Assembly: GCF_009914755.1 (NCBI RefSeq)
Contig: NC_060944.1
DNA from: the human T2T-CHM13v2.0 reference genome, Homo sapiens
DNA length: 64,000 nt
Direction: 5' to 3' (one strand)
Of this stretch, positions 48,156 to 62,457 are shown piece after piece. Each line of letters starts with the position of its first letter. The stretch's first letter is position 1. Under the pieces are notes generated by a model that saw only the letters and a list, made by a program, of their open reading frames with translations, was not told where the DNA came from and searched no databases. A program made the translations under genes and the position numbers.

Positions 48156-48442
48156 GGCTGAGGGTGGTGGCTCACGCCTGTATTCCCAGCACTTTGGGAG
48201 GCTGAGGCAGGCAGATTGCCTGAGGTCAGGAGTTCGAGACCAGCCTAGCCAACACAGTGAAACATCGTTTCTACTAAAAGTATTAGTCGGATATGGTGGC
48301 GCATGCCTGTAATCCTAGCTACTCTGGAGGCTGAGTCAGGAGACTTGCTTGAACTTGGGAGGTGGAGGTTGCAGTGAGCCAAGATCATGCCACTGCACTA
48401 GGCAACAGAATGAGACTCCATCACAAAAAAAAAAAAAAAAAA
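48156..48442 (+). mobile_element. AluS
   Basis: Alu consensus. Confidence 0.93.
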
Positions 48443-49701
48443 ATTACATTTAGTCACAATTTTAACAGAAGAATCAAACGGTAATCCACAAATATGCAGT
48501 AAGAATTTAGGTTCTATATTCTGACAGGATGTAGTGATAGTGTTTCAACTGCGATTGCAACAGCTGAACATGGATTCCAATTGCAGTAAAAGATTTCTGG
48601 CTTGAACGCTACAAATCAGAATGAATGTAATGCCATTTCCACATTTATGTGCAAAACTACTGCATTTTAGAGTGTTTGCCCTGAATCACTAGAAAACCCT
48701 AACTTACAGGGTTATCGACCTAGTTTAGACAAAGAAACTGGGGCTAGACAGTTGCCTGGAGTTACAAAGTTAGTTAGCTTTTAAAATATATATATATATA
48801 TTTTAAATTTGGAAAGGATGGAAGTAGGGCCCAGAAAGATGCTATGTTTGATGATCTGTTGGGTTTGGGAACTTGAATCTGGACAACCTCTAAAGACTCC
48901 TTATACTCTTAATAAGGACTGCTCCACCATCTATGAGACATGCTATGAACTTGGCTCAATTGCATCTCTGAGTTTTAGTACCATGAAATCTCCTAAATTA
49001 CTTTATTTTTGTCTAAATGCCATTAGAAAAAGGTCTGAAAAGAATTTCTTATTCCCCCTTTTAAGACCAAAACACAATAGTACTGAGTTAAATAGTCTGA
49101 ACCATCTGTGTTCTGTGTATACATACTAAAAATAATAAAAGATGTTATCTTATAGCTATGAACATGTTATTCTTAGCATTATAAATCATTTCTCCCAAAG
49201 GTCTCAATTCATATTTTATAAGGACTTTGTGGCAAAATTTTAATTACTAGATAGAGGAAACACGACCTGCTTTGTAAATGAAAGTATTTTATGGCCTTTT
49301 CCTTTTCTAACGTACTGTGGTATACTATATACTTTTTGTAACCTTTAGAGAATACACCTTTTATTGACATGCTTATGTTCCATTTTTAGAGGGAATCAAT
49401 TACAAATAACTGTATCATAATTAAATTTCATTGTGAAGTCCAAAGGCAAAAGCCTTTGGGAATTTAAGGGTACAATAAAATAACTGGGGGAGGAATTTAG
49501 AGTAAGGAGGGAAGAATTCTATTAAGGGCTACTTACTTATAGGAGGGACAGAGGCTGCACCAAAGGTCAGCTGGCCTGTGTTGATTGACATATGGCATTC
49601 TTGTTTGCAAACACCTTAACTAAAGGCCTAGAAGATACTGTTATTTATATCCAGTCTCAATACTTAAGGTGACTTTGGCACCTCTATTCCCCTCAACATG
49701 A

Positions 49702-50017
<316 letters not shown>

Positions 50018-50162
50018 CCTTCAAGTCACATTACTTTTAAGAGCCATTTCTGCCATTCACCATTTACTTCTCCATGATCATTAACATAATTCAACATTTG
50101 TCAGCTTTTTTCTGAACTATAAACTCAAGGAAAAAAAACCCTAGCTTATAAAAAGAGATTAG

Positions 50163-50440
50163 GGCCAGGTGCAGTGGCTCACAAAAGTGTAATCCTAACA
50201 CTTCGGGAGCCTGAGGTGGGCGGATCACTTGAGCCTAGGCAACGTGGCAAAACCCGTTTCTACAAAAAATACAAAAATTAGCTGGGCATGGTGGCGCACG
50301 CCTGTAGTTCTAGCTGCGTGGGGGGTGCTGAGGTAGGAGGATCGCTTGGACCTTGGGAGGCTGAGGCTGCGGTGAGCTGAGATAACACCATTGCACTCCA
50401 GGACAGGTGATGAAATGCGATCGTTTCAAAAAAACAAACC
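50163..50440 (+). mobile_element. AluJ
   Basis: Diverged Alu with a deletion. Confidence 0.88.
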
Positions 50441-51221
50441 AAAAGCAAAAAAGAGACTGGATAGGATAAAAGGATGTAATAATAAAATTGAGATTTGTAA
50501 CTCAAGAACTAAAATTAGGAACAAATTAAATGACAATCTGTAACACTAATGTTTGGGGAAGTGTTGTACTATTCTCTCCAGCAAAGTGGTTAACAGCATG
50601 TAATGACATAGTATGAACCCTCTTTGAGAAGAGTGAAAATTATATAGGGTTAGCTCCCTATAATACTTAGTGAATCTTTAGGTCATCTCCCAGTTAAAGA
50701 TAAAAGAAATGCTCAATTTTATGTATATTGTGCTTAACAGTCTATTACTCTTTCCATTAGGATAACTTAAGGATCGATGAATCTTTTTCTAGATTTAGGT
50801 TTAGTTAAACCTGGAAATCAGTATCTATTTTAACTGAAAACTCTATTTGCTAAACATCACTGAGACTCAGTACAGTATTTCCTGGTTAGTAAATGATGTA
50901 GACTGATTTAATGATTAATTGCTTTAATGTTTACTGAACATCTACATGTCCCCACTTCCTCAAATTCTCCATATCTCATATATTGATTTGGCTAATGGGG
51001 GTGAGAGAGCAAGTAACTATTTTCTGACAGATAATTCTGTTGTCCTTTGAGAGGCTTGGGAAATGATTAGGATCAGTATGGAAGGGCTTTTCACGTTACA
51101 AACTATTTTTAGAGTTTTCATTTAATTCACATAAAAACAATAAGTATCACACTGTACATATAATAGTCCCTTTTCACTGAGCAAGATGGAATTAGCACTT
51201 TAAAATGACATTGGCATATAA

Positions 51222-51426
51222 TGAGACCTCATCTCTATTTTAAAAGAAAAAAATATATATTAAATAAAAAGGAAAAAAAAAGGCCAGGCACAGTGGCTCA
51301 CACCTGTTACCCCAGCACTCTAGGAGGCTCAGGCAGGGGGACTGCTTGAGCCCATGAGTTCGAGACTGCCTGGGCAATACAGTGAGACTTCATCTCTATT
51401 TTAAAAGAAAAAACATATATTTTTAA
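51222..51426 (+). mobile_element. FLAM/Alu monomer cassette with duplicated tail
   Basis: 20-bp TSD aaaatgacattggcatataa. Confidence 0.8.
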
Positions 51427-51776
51427 AAAATGACATTGGCATATAACTTTAAACTACTTCATTTCTTTCACTTAATAGTGAAAAATCTCCAGTACATTGG
51501 ATGTATTCTATTGCCTGCATAACCTCTTCTCAGGGCAAGACACATTAGACCTTACTATACCTTACTAGCAAAGCTCATTGCTAGTTTTACAAAAAAAAAA
51601 ATAGTTTTCAAATTTTATATTTGATATGGTAGTTAGCGAGGTAATGTGTTATTTATTTTGTTTATAAACTCTTGCAGAGCTTTTACGTACAATCAAACAT
51701 ATTTTGGGGATACAATTTAAATTTAGCACTTTTTTTCTTCTTAGTTCCTCTGTGGTTTTTTACAAAATGAAAATTA

Positions 51777-52086
<310 letters not shown>

Positions 52087-53419
52087 ATTAGCATTACTGT
52101 TCTTTTCTAATAAATATAGTATAGTATAACCTTACTTTTTAAAGTTAGCAAATATAGAAACAAGGAAAAGAGAGCTAAAATCTTTTGGGTGTAACAAAAA
52201 TGTGATCATGATACACATGCTGTTTTGTAATCCCTCTTGCAAAGAATATAAATCTCCATTATCATTTTTAAGAGCTATACAGCATTTGATTATAATGGCG
52301 ATATCCTAATTTGACCAATCTGTGATTGAAAGAAATTTGAGATTTTTCAATGCTTTATTGCAAAATATGCTATGGCAATAAATATTTGTGTAAATACTCC
52401 AGAGTCCATGCTCAAAGCCTCTATGTGCTGCTTTTCAGAATTAACAAATTTCTTAAAAATTAACTCATTTTTCAAATGAACTTGACAAGAAAGTTTTTAA
52501 AACCTTGACTTTTAGAAAGGTTCATGATACTGAGAAGCAGACAGACTGGGAGATCCAATTTGTGAAACAAACTTAAGCTATTTACAGTTTGCCTTGAGAT
52601 GGTCCTTCCCTCAAAACACTTGGCAAGTTGTTCCAAGAGGCATGGACTGTCTTGTAGAGATTCTGAGTCTAAAACAAAGATTTCTCAAGAATAAGCTCAA
52701 AATGATCAGATTTGATGAGCAGTAACTGGTTAATCCCTAAAATAAGTTAGTGTTTGATGCTCATTTATTGAACTTTTCAAGTTTGGAGCAAAGCAACAAG
52801 AGAAATGAGATTTTTTCCCTTCCTTACCCTCTAATGTACTTGCCACTGCCCTTTCTTTCTTTCCTGAATCTTCTTTAAACATATTTCTAAAAAAAGACTC
52901 CTTTAGAAGGATAGAGAAATCAAGAGACATGAAATGAGATTAGTAAATTTTAGATCAAGTAAAATAGAGTTGATATTTATAGTTTCATTTACTAAAATGT
53001 CTTTTGTTAAGTTTAGAAAAAGTTTAGAGGCAATCTTAATGTGGATTATGCTTTTCATATTCTTCTCTCAAAAGTATGGTCTTAAATTATTCAAAAGTTT
53101 CATATTTTTCATTTTGTTTTGCTTTCATAGCAACTTTATGAGATCATTTTATAAATGAAGAAACATTAAATGATTGATTCTAAGATTACTGTCAGTTAAC
53201 TGTGGCATTCAATTTAGATGTGAAGTCTTTAAAGTCTTGCCTAGTACTCTACTAAGCAATTCTTCAAGTCAAGAATTAGTGCCCCAGCTTGGGCAGTACT
53301 GTCTATCAGGATTTCCAGTGTGTGATCACGGATGAGGGGAACATTTGGAGGGCGTGAGGCACACCCTTGAGGATCACTGAGGTCAACTAGCTTGGGGCAT
53401 CATGCCTGGCATGTTGTTC

Positions 53420-53703
53420 TTTTTTCTTTTTTTGGGACAGTCTCACTCTGTTGCCCAAGGGGGAGCGTAGTGGTGTGATCTCGGCTCACCTCCGCATGCC
53501 AGATTTAAGGGATTCTCGTACCTCAGCCTCCCAGGTAGCTGAGATTACAGGCCCACGCCACCATGCCCGACTAATTTTTGTATTTTAGTAGAGACGGGGT
53601 TTCACCATGTTGCCCAGGCTGGTCTCAACTCCTGGCCTCAAGTGATATGCCCGCCTCAGCCTCCCAAAGTGCTGGGATTACAGGCATGAGCCATGCACGC
53701 CCC
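53420..53703 (-). mobile_element. Alu
   Basis: Alu consensus; TSD tggcatgt. Confidence 0.9.
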
Positions 53704-54036
53704 GTGGCATGTCCTTGGCTGATTTTCATGTCAGGTATATAAAAGGTTAACAGCTGTCATTTCACTTGTCCAAAATTAGAGGGCATCTTACAGTTCTGGA
53801 GGTAAGAAAAACAAAAAAATTAGAGGGCAAAAGAGTCTATATCCTCCAAAAACACATCCGTGACCTACTAATGGTTGAGATTAGCTGGGTTAGTTCAGTT
53901 TTCTTTAATTTAGTTCTCAGTATAGAATGACAGCAAGAGATTAATGAACAGAAGAGGGAGAACTTGCTATGCTTCTACCTCATTATAAATACTGTAATCT
54001 TTTAGAGTAGCTTAAAGGCCAAGAAAAGAAAACACT

Positions 54037-54037
<1 letters not shown>

Positions 54038-54094
<57 letters not shown>
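54038..54094. repeat. (CA)n microsatellite, ~28 units
   Basis: Seen directly. Confidence 0.97.
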
Positions 54095-54096
<2 letters not shown>

Positions 54097-54299
54097 GTAA
54101 GGTTAAGGGCAAAAAGGCAAGCAAGCTTCCTAGAACTTCCCAAACAGCTGGATCTAGCCATCAGATTATTCTATCTAGCATAGTATTAGTTAAAGCCATC
54201 AAGTTTTTTTAATTGCTTCCTGCAAAATTAGGCCTAAAATAACTTGGATGCAGGGAATGTTACATCAAATGTTCTCATTTTGCCTATTGGGCTTGCTGG

Positions 54300-54315
54300 G
54301 CGCCATCTGCTGGCC
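54300..54315 (-). promoter_or_regulatory. CTCF core motif
   Basis: Minus strand reads GGCCAGCAGATGGCGC, near-consensus CTCF core in unique sequence. Confidence 0.75.
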
Positions 54316-54901
54316 TTTTGGACACAGTGTAAAACGGATTCTTTTTGGTCTTAATTGCTGTTGTGATTTGAAAAAATTGTAATTTTTAAAAACTTCCACT
54401 GAATGTAATTTAATCATGAGAAGAACATTAGATAGAATATTAAAAACCAATTAACCCAGCTCTTGTGATAATGAAACTTTATGAAGTTTACTGGAATTGT
54501 ACTATGCCTTTTCTTTTACAATGACAATGTTGGCTTTAGGTATTTGTGAATTCTTCATTTCTGAATTCTCATCATCAACATTCAAAAGTTATTTTTTATC
54601 CTCAATTTTTAATACAGCAGTTTGAATTGTGGCATTTTTTCTGTGTACACAATAGAAAAGACTGCACGTGGTCTTCAACTGTGCTATGAAATGAACTGAC
54701 ATGGTAAACAGAACAATCGTTTTCCTTTTTCTTTTCCAACTATATCACCTAAAATAACACTCATTTTGCTGGACTTCTCCAGTCTTGTAAAAACACACAC
54801 CCCAAAAACAATACTGTAATTCTTAATGAACCCATGGATCATAATTGAGTTCTAAAGTTTCCATTCTGCAAATCCTACCACCTTCCCCACCAAACCATTC
54901 A

Positions 54902-54916
54902 AGGTCAGCTTGACCT
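54902..54916. promoter_or_regulatory. Perfect palindromic estrogen response element (IR3)
   Basis: AGGTCA-GCT-TGACCT. Confidence 0.6.
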
Positions 54917-55571
54917 ATATCCAAGAGCTGGGCTGCTAACAGCGTAACTGAGTCAGGAGTGGATCTGCAGTCAGAAGGCCGAAACAGGTATGCGTAAGTA
55001 TCTTATGTCTTTTGCTATTCCTCCCTGCTCATTGCTGTGAATTTAATGTATTTGTAAATAAAAAATATACTGAAAGCATCATAAGTCTTATATGGGGGTT
55101 TCACTAATTGTAGGCAGTCTCAAATATTAAGCAAGTGATTAACAACTAATGAGAAGTGAAAACTAGCTTACCAGCAAGCTGTGGTTTATCACAATGGTTG
55201 TAGTGGTTTATAGAGTTGTCTGAGAATCCTGTCCCCTTTCACTGTTTTTACACCCTGGCTGCCATTTGATGCTGGTGATTGGTGGAGGAGAGGGGAGTAG
55301 GTATCATGCAGATAGCCAGATTGTTCCAGATCAGATACCTAGATGAATGGGCCTTTAGTGCTACAGCAAACACTTTATGTTCCTGGTATGTTCTGAATCC
55401 CTAAAGAGCCCATTTCTACCCTTCATCATTTTCAAGATTTTAATTGTATGCTCCACCTTCATTTCTGCAGATAACCTATTGGCCAGAGGACATTATAGCT
55501 CTTTAGGTATGAACACCTCTAACTTGTTGTCCCCTTATGTGCACCTTAGCTCTCAACTAAATCTTCTTTCA

Positions 55572-55879
55572 GCTGGGCGCGGTGGCTCACGCCTCTAATT
55601 CCAGCACTCGGGGAGGCTGAGGAAGGTGGGTCACTTGAGGTCAGGATTTTGAGACCAGTTTGGCCAAGATGGTGAAACCCCATTTCTACCAAAAATATGA
55701 AAAATTAGCTGGATGTGGTGGGTGCACCTGTAATCCCAGTTACCTGGGAGGCTGAAACAGGAGAATCGCTTGAATCCAGGAGGCAGAGGTTACATTACAG
55801 TGAGTCGAGATCGCGCCATTGCACTCCAGCCTAGGTGACAGAGCAAGACTCTGTCTCAATAAATAAATAAATAAATAAA
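55572..55879 (+). mobile_element. AluS with (TAAA)n tail
   Basis: Alu consensus. Confidence 0.93.
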
Positions 55880-56802
55880 ACTCCTTGCCTGCTGTCAGAA
55901 GAACTGGTATTCCTATTACCTGTGTTCCAGTCCCACTTTCTACTGTGTCTTTGGGGTTCTAACTTCATTATCCCCTCTCATCTACCTCCAACCTTCCACT
56001 CTTAAGGGCCTTTCTCTTTTGCATAACTATGACTATTTTTCTCCACTGAAAAGAGTCAAAAACAAATTCCCTAAGGCAACTGCCCTTTACCATCTTCCTT
56101 CCCAGTACTACACAATCTCTTTCCTTTCAAATAATGCATCTTTTCCTAGTCACTTCCCATTCCATCTTCAAACCCAAGCAATCTGCTTTTGTTTCATTCT
56201 CCATGGAAAGTGTTCTGACCATAAAGATCACCAATCCTTCCCCTTACATAATCTCCCTGTAGCCTTTTGATGTGTTCTTGAGACTCCTAAGTACTCAGGA
56301 CTCTATACTGTTCCTTCTTAGTCTCCTTTAATAGCCTGCTGGTTTCCATCCACCTATTCATCCTTATCAAAGATCTGTCTTTGGTAGTGTTTGTTTCCTG
56401 GGCGGTCTCATTCAATCCCCAAACTTCTATGATCATGCATCCACTCTGGCTCTCACACGTTCATCTCCAGCTTAGACCCACATAATAAACTGCTACTGTA
56501 CACCTTTGAACTAACCGTCCCCACAAATAGTCTCAATTCATCTCATATAAAAATAAGTCCTCTTTCCCTCCCAAACTGCTGTTCCACCTGGATTTCCTGT
56601 TTCGTTAACAAAAAGCATCATCTACTAAGCCATTCAATTCAGAAATCTGGATATACTGGACTCTGCCCTTTTCCTCATGCTCCTCATCAACTCACTCAGC
56701 ACATCCTGCCATTTGACATAAGTGTTTCTTTACATAATCCCTCCTCCCTAGGGTCACAGTCCAGACCCTCGCGCCCTCACATGACCTCCTTGCTTCAATT
56801 CC

Positions 56803-56990
56803 AGTAGTTCTCAAACTGTGGTCCTCTCAACAGTGCCATTAGCAACACTTGGGAATTTATTAGAAATGCAAATTATCAAGCTGCCCCTCCTGACCTACTG
56901 AGTCAGAAACTCTAGGGTGGGGTCCAGTAATCTGTGTTTTAATTAATTCTTTAGGTAATTCTGAAGCTAAAGTTTGAGACCCACTGTTCT
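56803..56990. mobile_element. MER5A
   Basis: cagtagttctcaaact...aaagtttgagacccactg inverted ends. Confidence 0.82.
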
Positions 56991-57244
56991 AGTCTACATC
57001 CACTAATCCATTCTCTACACTTTTAATATAGCCATCTTGCAAAACAAAAAACAAAAAAACAAAAACAAAAACAAATCTGGTTGTATTCCTGCTTTGCTTA
57101 AAAGCCTTTAGTGACATTTTTGACTAGAGTGAAATCTAAATTTCTTAGTACAGCAGAAAGAAAAATCCACTAGGATCTAGATCCTGCCTACCAGTTTTCA
57201 GAAAGTCAAGCACTTTAAATCATTTTTGTAAGAATGCATTGTCA

Positions 57245-58140
57245 TGTAGTGATTAAGGGATGAGCTGTGGACTCATACCACCTGGCTTTGAATCTTCACT
57301 TACCACTTTACAACTGGCTGTGTGGCCTTGGATTAGTCACTTAATCTCATTGTGCTTCAGTTCCATTGTGTGTACAATGTGAATAATAACATCCATATCA
57401 TAAGCTTGCTGTGCAGTTATCACAATACTTGGCACTTTGTCTGGGCTCAGTAATTGTTAGCTATTATTATTTTGATTATGTCAAAAAGAAAAAAAACATT
57501 ACTGGAATTAACCTGTAGTATAGCAAGAACTGGAGAGGATTAGAATTAATGCCCAAACTAAGGGAAGTGGTCCCCATAAAGGAAGGCCCACTTCTCTGGG
57601 CAGTTTCAGTTAGTTAGCTAAGAATAAAAATACCCAGTCTCAACAGAGAGGTTCAGAGGTCTTTGGGGTTTGACTAGGGTAGTGAATCTGGTAATTAGAT
57701 TCTAGGATATTATAGGACAGATAACTGTCAAGCTTCTAAAGTGAGAGCCAGGAAAGCTGTGAAGGAAGTCAGAAAACTGATACAGAGCAAAGAAGCAAAG
57801 ACGGTGAAAAATTTCATGTATGTTTCTCTAATAACAGTTAATAGAGCAGCCAAGTGATCAAATGTGAGAATCCTACAATGACTGAAACTTGGTCGACATT
57901 TTCAGACACGCTGTTGGTCTGAAACAACGTTTTACATAAGAGCAAAAGCATTGAGTAATGGCGAGAATCAAAGTCTAACCTCCACCACAAATTAGTTATG
58001 GTCTTGGACAAATTACTTCTCTCCTGCCTCAATGTCATGATCTGAAATAGGGGGCCACATTATGAAGAGAACTATATACATTCATAGCTTAGTACAGTGC
58101 CTAGCATGTGGGAAGTGCTCAATACACGGCAGCCATTACT
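57245..58140 (+). mobile_element. Two MIR fragments (~57245-57470, ~57960-58140)
   Basis: MIR core gtggccttggattagtcacttaatctc / ggtcttggacaaattactt. Confidence 0.7.
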
Positions 58141-59419
58141 TTTATTGGGAGTATATTATCTTATACGAATCATATATAAAAATAGGCACCCCTGGAGGTT
58201 CCTGCTTGATCAAAGCAATTATATATTATCATCGAATATTTTGACTAAAATTGGGTTCCAACTTATAAGGTGAGGAAATACTGTAAAGACAAATCCAAAC
58301 ACAGTCATGTATCCCACATTCACAATATTTAGGGATTAGCAATTTTCACTTCAAATATGTACAAGATTAATTCTATCCAAATGCTCACTTAGTGTCTATT
58401 AGGTGCTAGCAAGACTACTAGCCTCAGGGGGGAACTACCAAGAAGAGTAAGGCATGATTCTTGTCCTCAAGGAGAATACAGGTTTGAGAAGATAATGGGA
58501 CAATCTTAATAAAACATAACTCAATGCTGTATAGGGTCAAAAAACCAAACCAAACCAAACCAAACCAAACCAAACCCGCACAAAAAACTGCATAAAGTCT
58601 TTACCAAGTTGACTCATTTTTCAAAATCATAGTTCTCATTTTTTCCTCTATCCTCCTCTGAATTAGTCTCAATCCATTTTTACTTACTCCATCTTTAGTT
58701 ACGGCAGGGAGTCAAGATCTAGAAAAACTAGTCACTGCCACCCACGATAACAGAAGGTAGCAGCCACTTGTCTTCTCTGCTATATTCCTAGTGCGTAGCA
58801 GAAAAGTAGAGAATCTTGTCCCCTTTGGTCCACAGAGGATGGCTTATTCTTCTGCTTCAGCTCTTAGTTCAGATGTCACCTACTCAGAGAGCCTTTCTCT
58901 CAGCACTCAACCTAAAGTGTTTTCCCTCTCCCTCCCCATTATTCTCTAGCACGTGATTCCTTCAAAGCCCTACCTTTGTGATGAATGCTGTGATGTGCCA
59001 CCCTGACCCCCCTAAGGAATGAAAGGCTTATTTCCCCAGCTCCTGGAAGAGCTGAGACAGACCTCGGCTGCCAGCCTCCGTCCATGATTGACTTGGCTGA
59101 AGAGAGTTGAAGTTAGGCCCTTTCCAGGGAAACAGACATCTAACGACAGATCAATCAAGGGGTATAAAAGCCTGGCCCTTCTCTTCAACTTTGAAGGGCC
59201 AACCCAGCACTAGAGTTCCTGTGGGACTGGTGGAGAACATCCTTGAGACTTCACTGCAGCTTAACTTTTTCTATTGCCCAATCCTGCTTCCTTTCTTCCT
59301 TGGTAATCATCCAAAAAGTCTTCTCTAGTAAATGTCCTGCCTCTAAATCTCCTCAGAGTCTGATTCTCAGGAAACCCAACCTAGGACAATCTAGAAACAT
59401 CTTGCTCAATATCAATGTG

Positions 59420-60378
<959 letters not shown>

Positions 60379-60599
60379 TTTCTCCCCCATCACTAGAACA
60401 TGGAGTCAGGACCGTGCAAGTCCCTCTTGGTCACTGCCGTATCTACTAACTCGGCAGTGCTGTAGACACGTGTATATCTGTTTATGGATAAACTGAAGAT
60501 GTTAATGAATGAATGAAACCGTCATATTGAGTCTCTGAAACGGCAACAGGATTTGGGTATGGTCTTATCGGGGAGGAAGACGAGCATGACCTTAGAGGG

Positions 60600-62450
60600 T
60601 CATCCCTACAAGGTCCACAGCCCTGCAAGCCCCGCGGCTGCTTTCACGTAGCTGGCAGGGCCACGCTGCACAACGTCTCTAACGCCGTCGGAGGGCGGCC
60701 CCCACCTCCCGACAGCCTGGGGTACACCGTGCACCCTCCAGACAGTCAGGGGCACACGGGGCCCCTCCCAGCGAGGGAGGGGACGGGGAGTCACAGGTTC
60801 GGCGTAGAAGGCGGCAGCGCAGGTGGGAGCGTGGTGAGGCGCCACTCCTCCAGCTCTCCCCACCGGCGGGAAGACCTCCTCGCCGCCCGCATCCGTGCCG
60901 ACCGCAACATTTACCATCGGCAGCTATTTCAGAGGTCGGTCTTTCGCCTCCTACAGAGAGCCAGCCTCCTCCTTGTCCCCGCCCTCAAATATCCTTCAGT
61001 GAGGACACCGGTGACCTTTGGGGGTGGAGAGGGAGGCGCCTACAAGCCCCTTCCCCTCTCTTCGGCCGGACACAAAGCGGGCTTTTCCACCTAGAGTCCC
61101 AGCGCTCTCACCTGCGCACCAGCCGTCGCGCCGCCCCAGGCCGCCACCGCCAGAGGCCCCAGAAACAGATCTCAAGCAGCCGCTGCTGCCGCGGATCCCG
61201 ACAACCTTCGCGTCGCGCGAGGGCACGGAGCACGCGCAGCTCTGCGGTCGACGCCGGGCCGCCCCCACTCCGCTTCTCCGGGTTTTCCGTGAAGCTCCAG
61301 CCAACAGCGGCCGTCACCGGAAAAAACGGGGAGCGAAGTTTATTCAGCGTATATTCCAGCAAATTGTTGAAACTGAAATTTTAAAAGAACGCATAAAATT
61401 TAAATAACATATCAAAATGGCACAGCTTCTGCCTTTTGGTGAGCGCTTGACAATGATTTATTGAATGAAAGAAAGAAATAGTCCACTGCGCTCTGCTCTC
61501 TGTCCTGACATGACCAATTACAAAGCGCTTGGATTTGTCGCTCAGCGCCAGTATCCCGCCTCTCTGTGCGGTTGTCTGGAAAATCAGGATTTTTACTCTC
61601 CCGTAACTCCCGGGATCGGGTTTGGAAAACGGACATGCGCCGTGAGAGCTAGTTGCCTTCTACTAAAGCATCCGCCCTCAGTCCTTCCTGAGGGCTTACA
61701 GGGAAGTGCGGAGTTTCGCAGCTCGTACTCTTCACAGATTAGATAATTCACCCGGCATTTCCCCATCCTGCTTCTGGGTTCCAGGACAAAACTTTTATTC
61801 TCTTTTAACATTAAAAAACATATAGGAAGTTATGTTCAAACATGGCTATTTTTATTAAAATTTATCCGGCACTGTGAAAGCTACCTTTCCTTTCTCACAA
61901 TCTTTCGCACCGAATATATGTTCCATTCTTGAGCTAGTCATTTTCCAATGTTAAGAAAACACACCACAGAAAAGCGTTTTTTTTTCTCTCGGTCAGTTCA
62001 ACTGCCTAGCACCGTGAGTTACCATGATACGTTATTTGCTAATGAGAGTCATTGGGGTCCCAGCCTTTAAAAATAGCCTGCGTCCGGCGCCATTTTTGTT
62101 TTGGGCCCACTTTGAAAGCCGCGATATTCTGAACAGAGGCCATTTTTCTTTTGGGCAGATTCCACGGGCCATCGAAGTGTTTCGCTGCCATCTTAAATCC
62201 TGGCTGTGGCCTCAATCCTGCAGCGAAGCTGCCCAGATCATTTTGTGTTTGGGCGGCGGCTGAGTTCCCAAACGCGCGCGGAGACCCTGGGAAGGAGGAA
62301 GTAAGCGCGAAAGTGCTTCCCTTAAGCTTCTGAAGGTTGGCTGCAGTTCCGGCTACCTGTGTAGTCCGAGTTTCCACAGCCAGGTACTACTCCGCCAGTG
62401 ACCCTGGACAGTAACAAAACATATAAAGCCCGAGCCCAAACCCCGCCACC
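60600..62450. promoter_or_regulatory. CpG island / bidirectional MKKS-SLX4IP promoter
   Basis: High GC and CpG density; GC boxes, ETS-like GGAAGT, YY1-type CCATNTT motifs; divergent donor sites. Confidence 0.85.
61112..61235 (-). other. MKKS: MKKS non-coding exon 1 (TSS approximate)
   Basis: Donor CAG|GTGAGA at 61112 inside the CpG island; 5' end not determinable from sequence. Confidence 0.8.
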
Positions 62451-62457
62451 ATCATAG
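62300..62457 (+). other. SLX4IP: SLX4IP (C20orf94) non-coding exon 1, start approximate
   Basis: Strong donor TAG|GTAAGC at 62457 next to a CpG-rich promoter; identity from the known head-to-head neighbour of MKKS. Confidence 0.75.

Noticed and set aside
58740-58940. Possible alternative MKKS first exon (recalled from annotation)
   Set aside because: Could not fix an unambiguous donor or TSS from the sequence.
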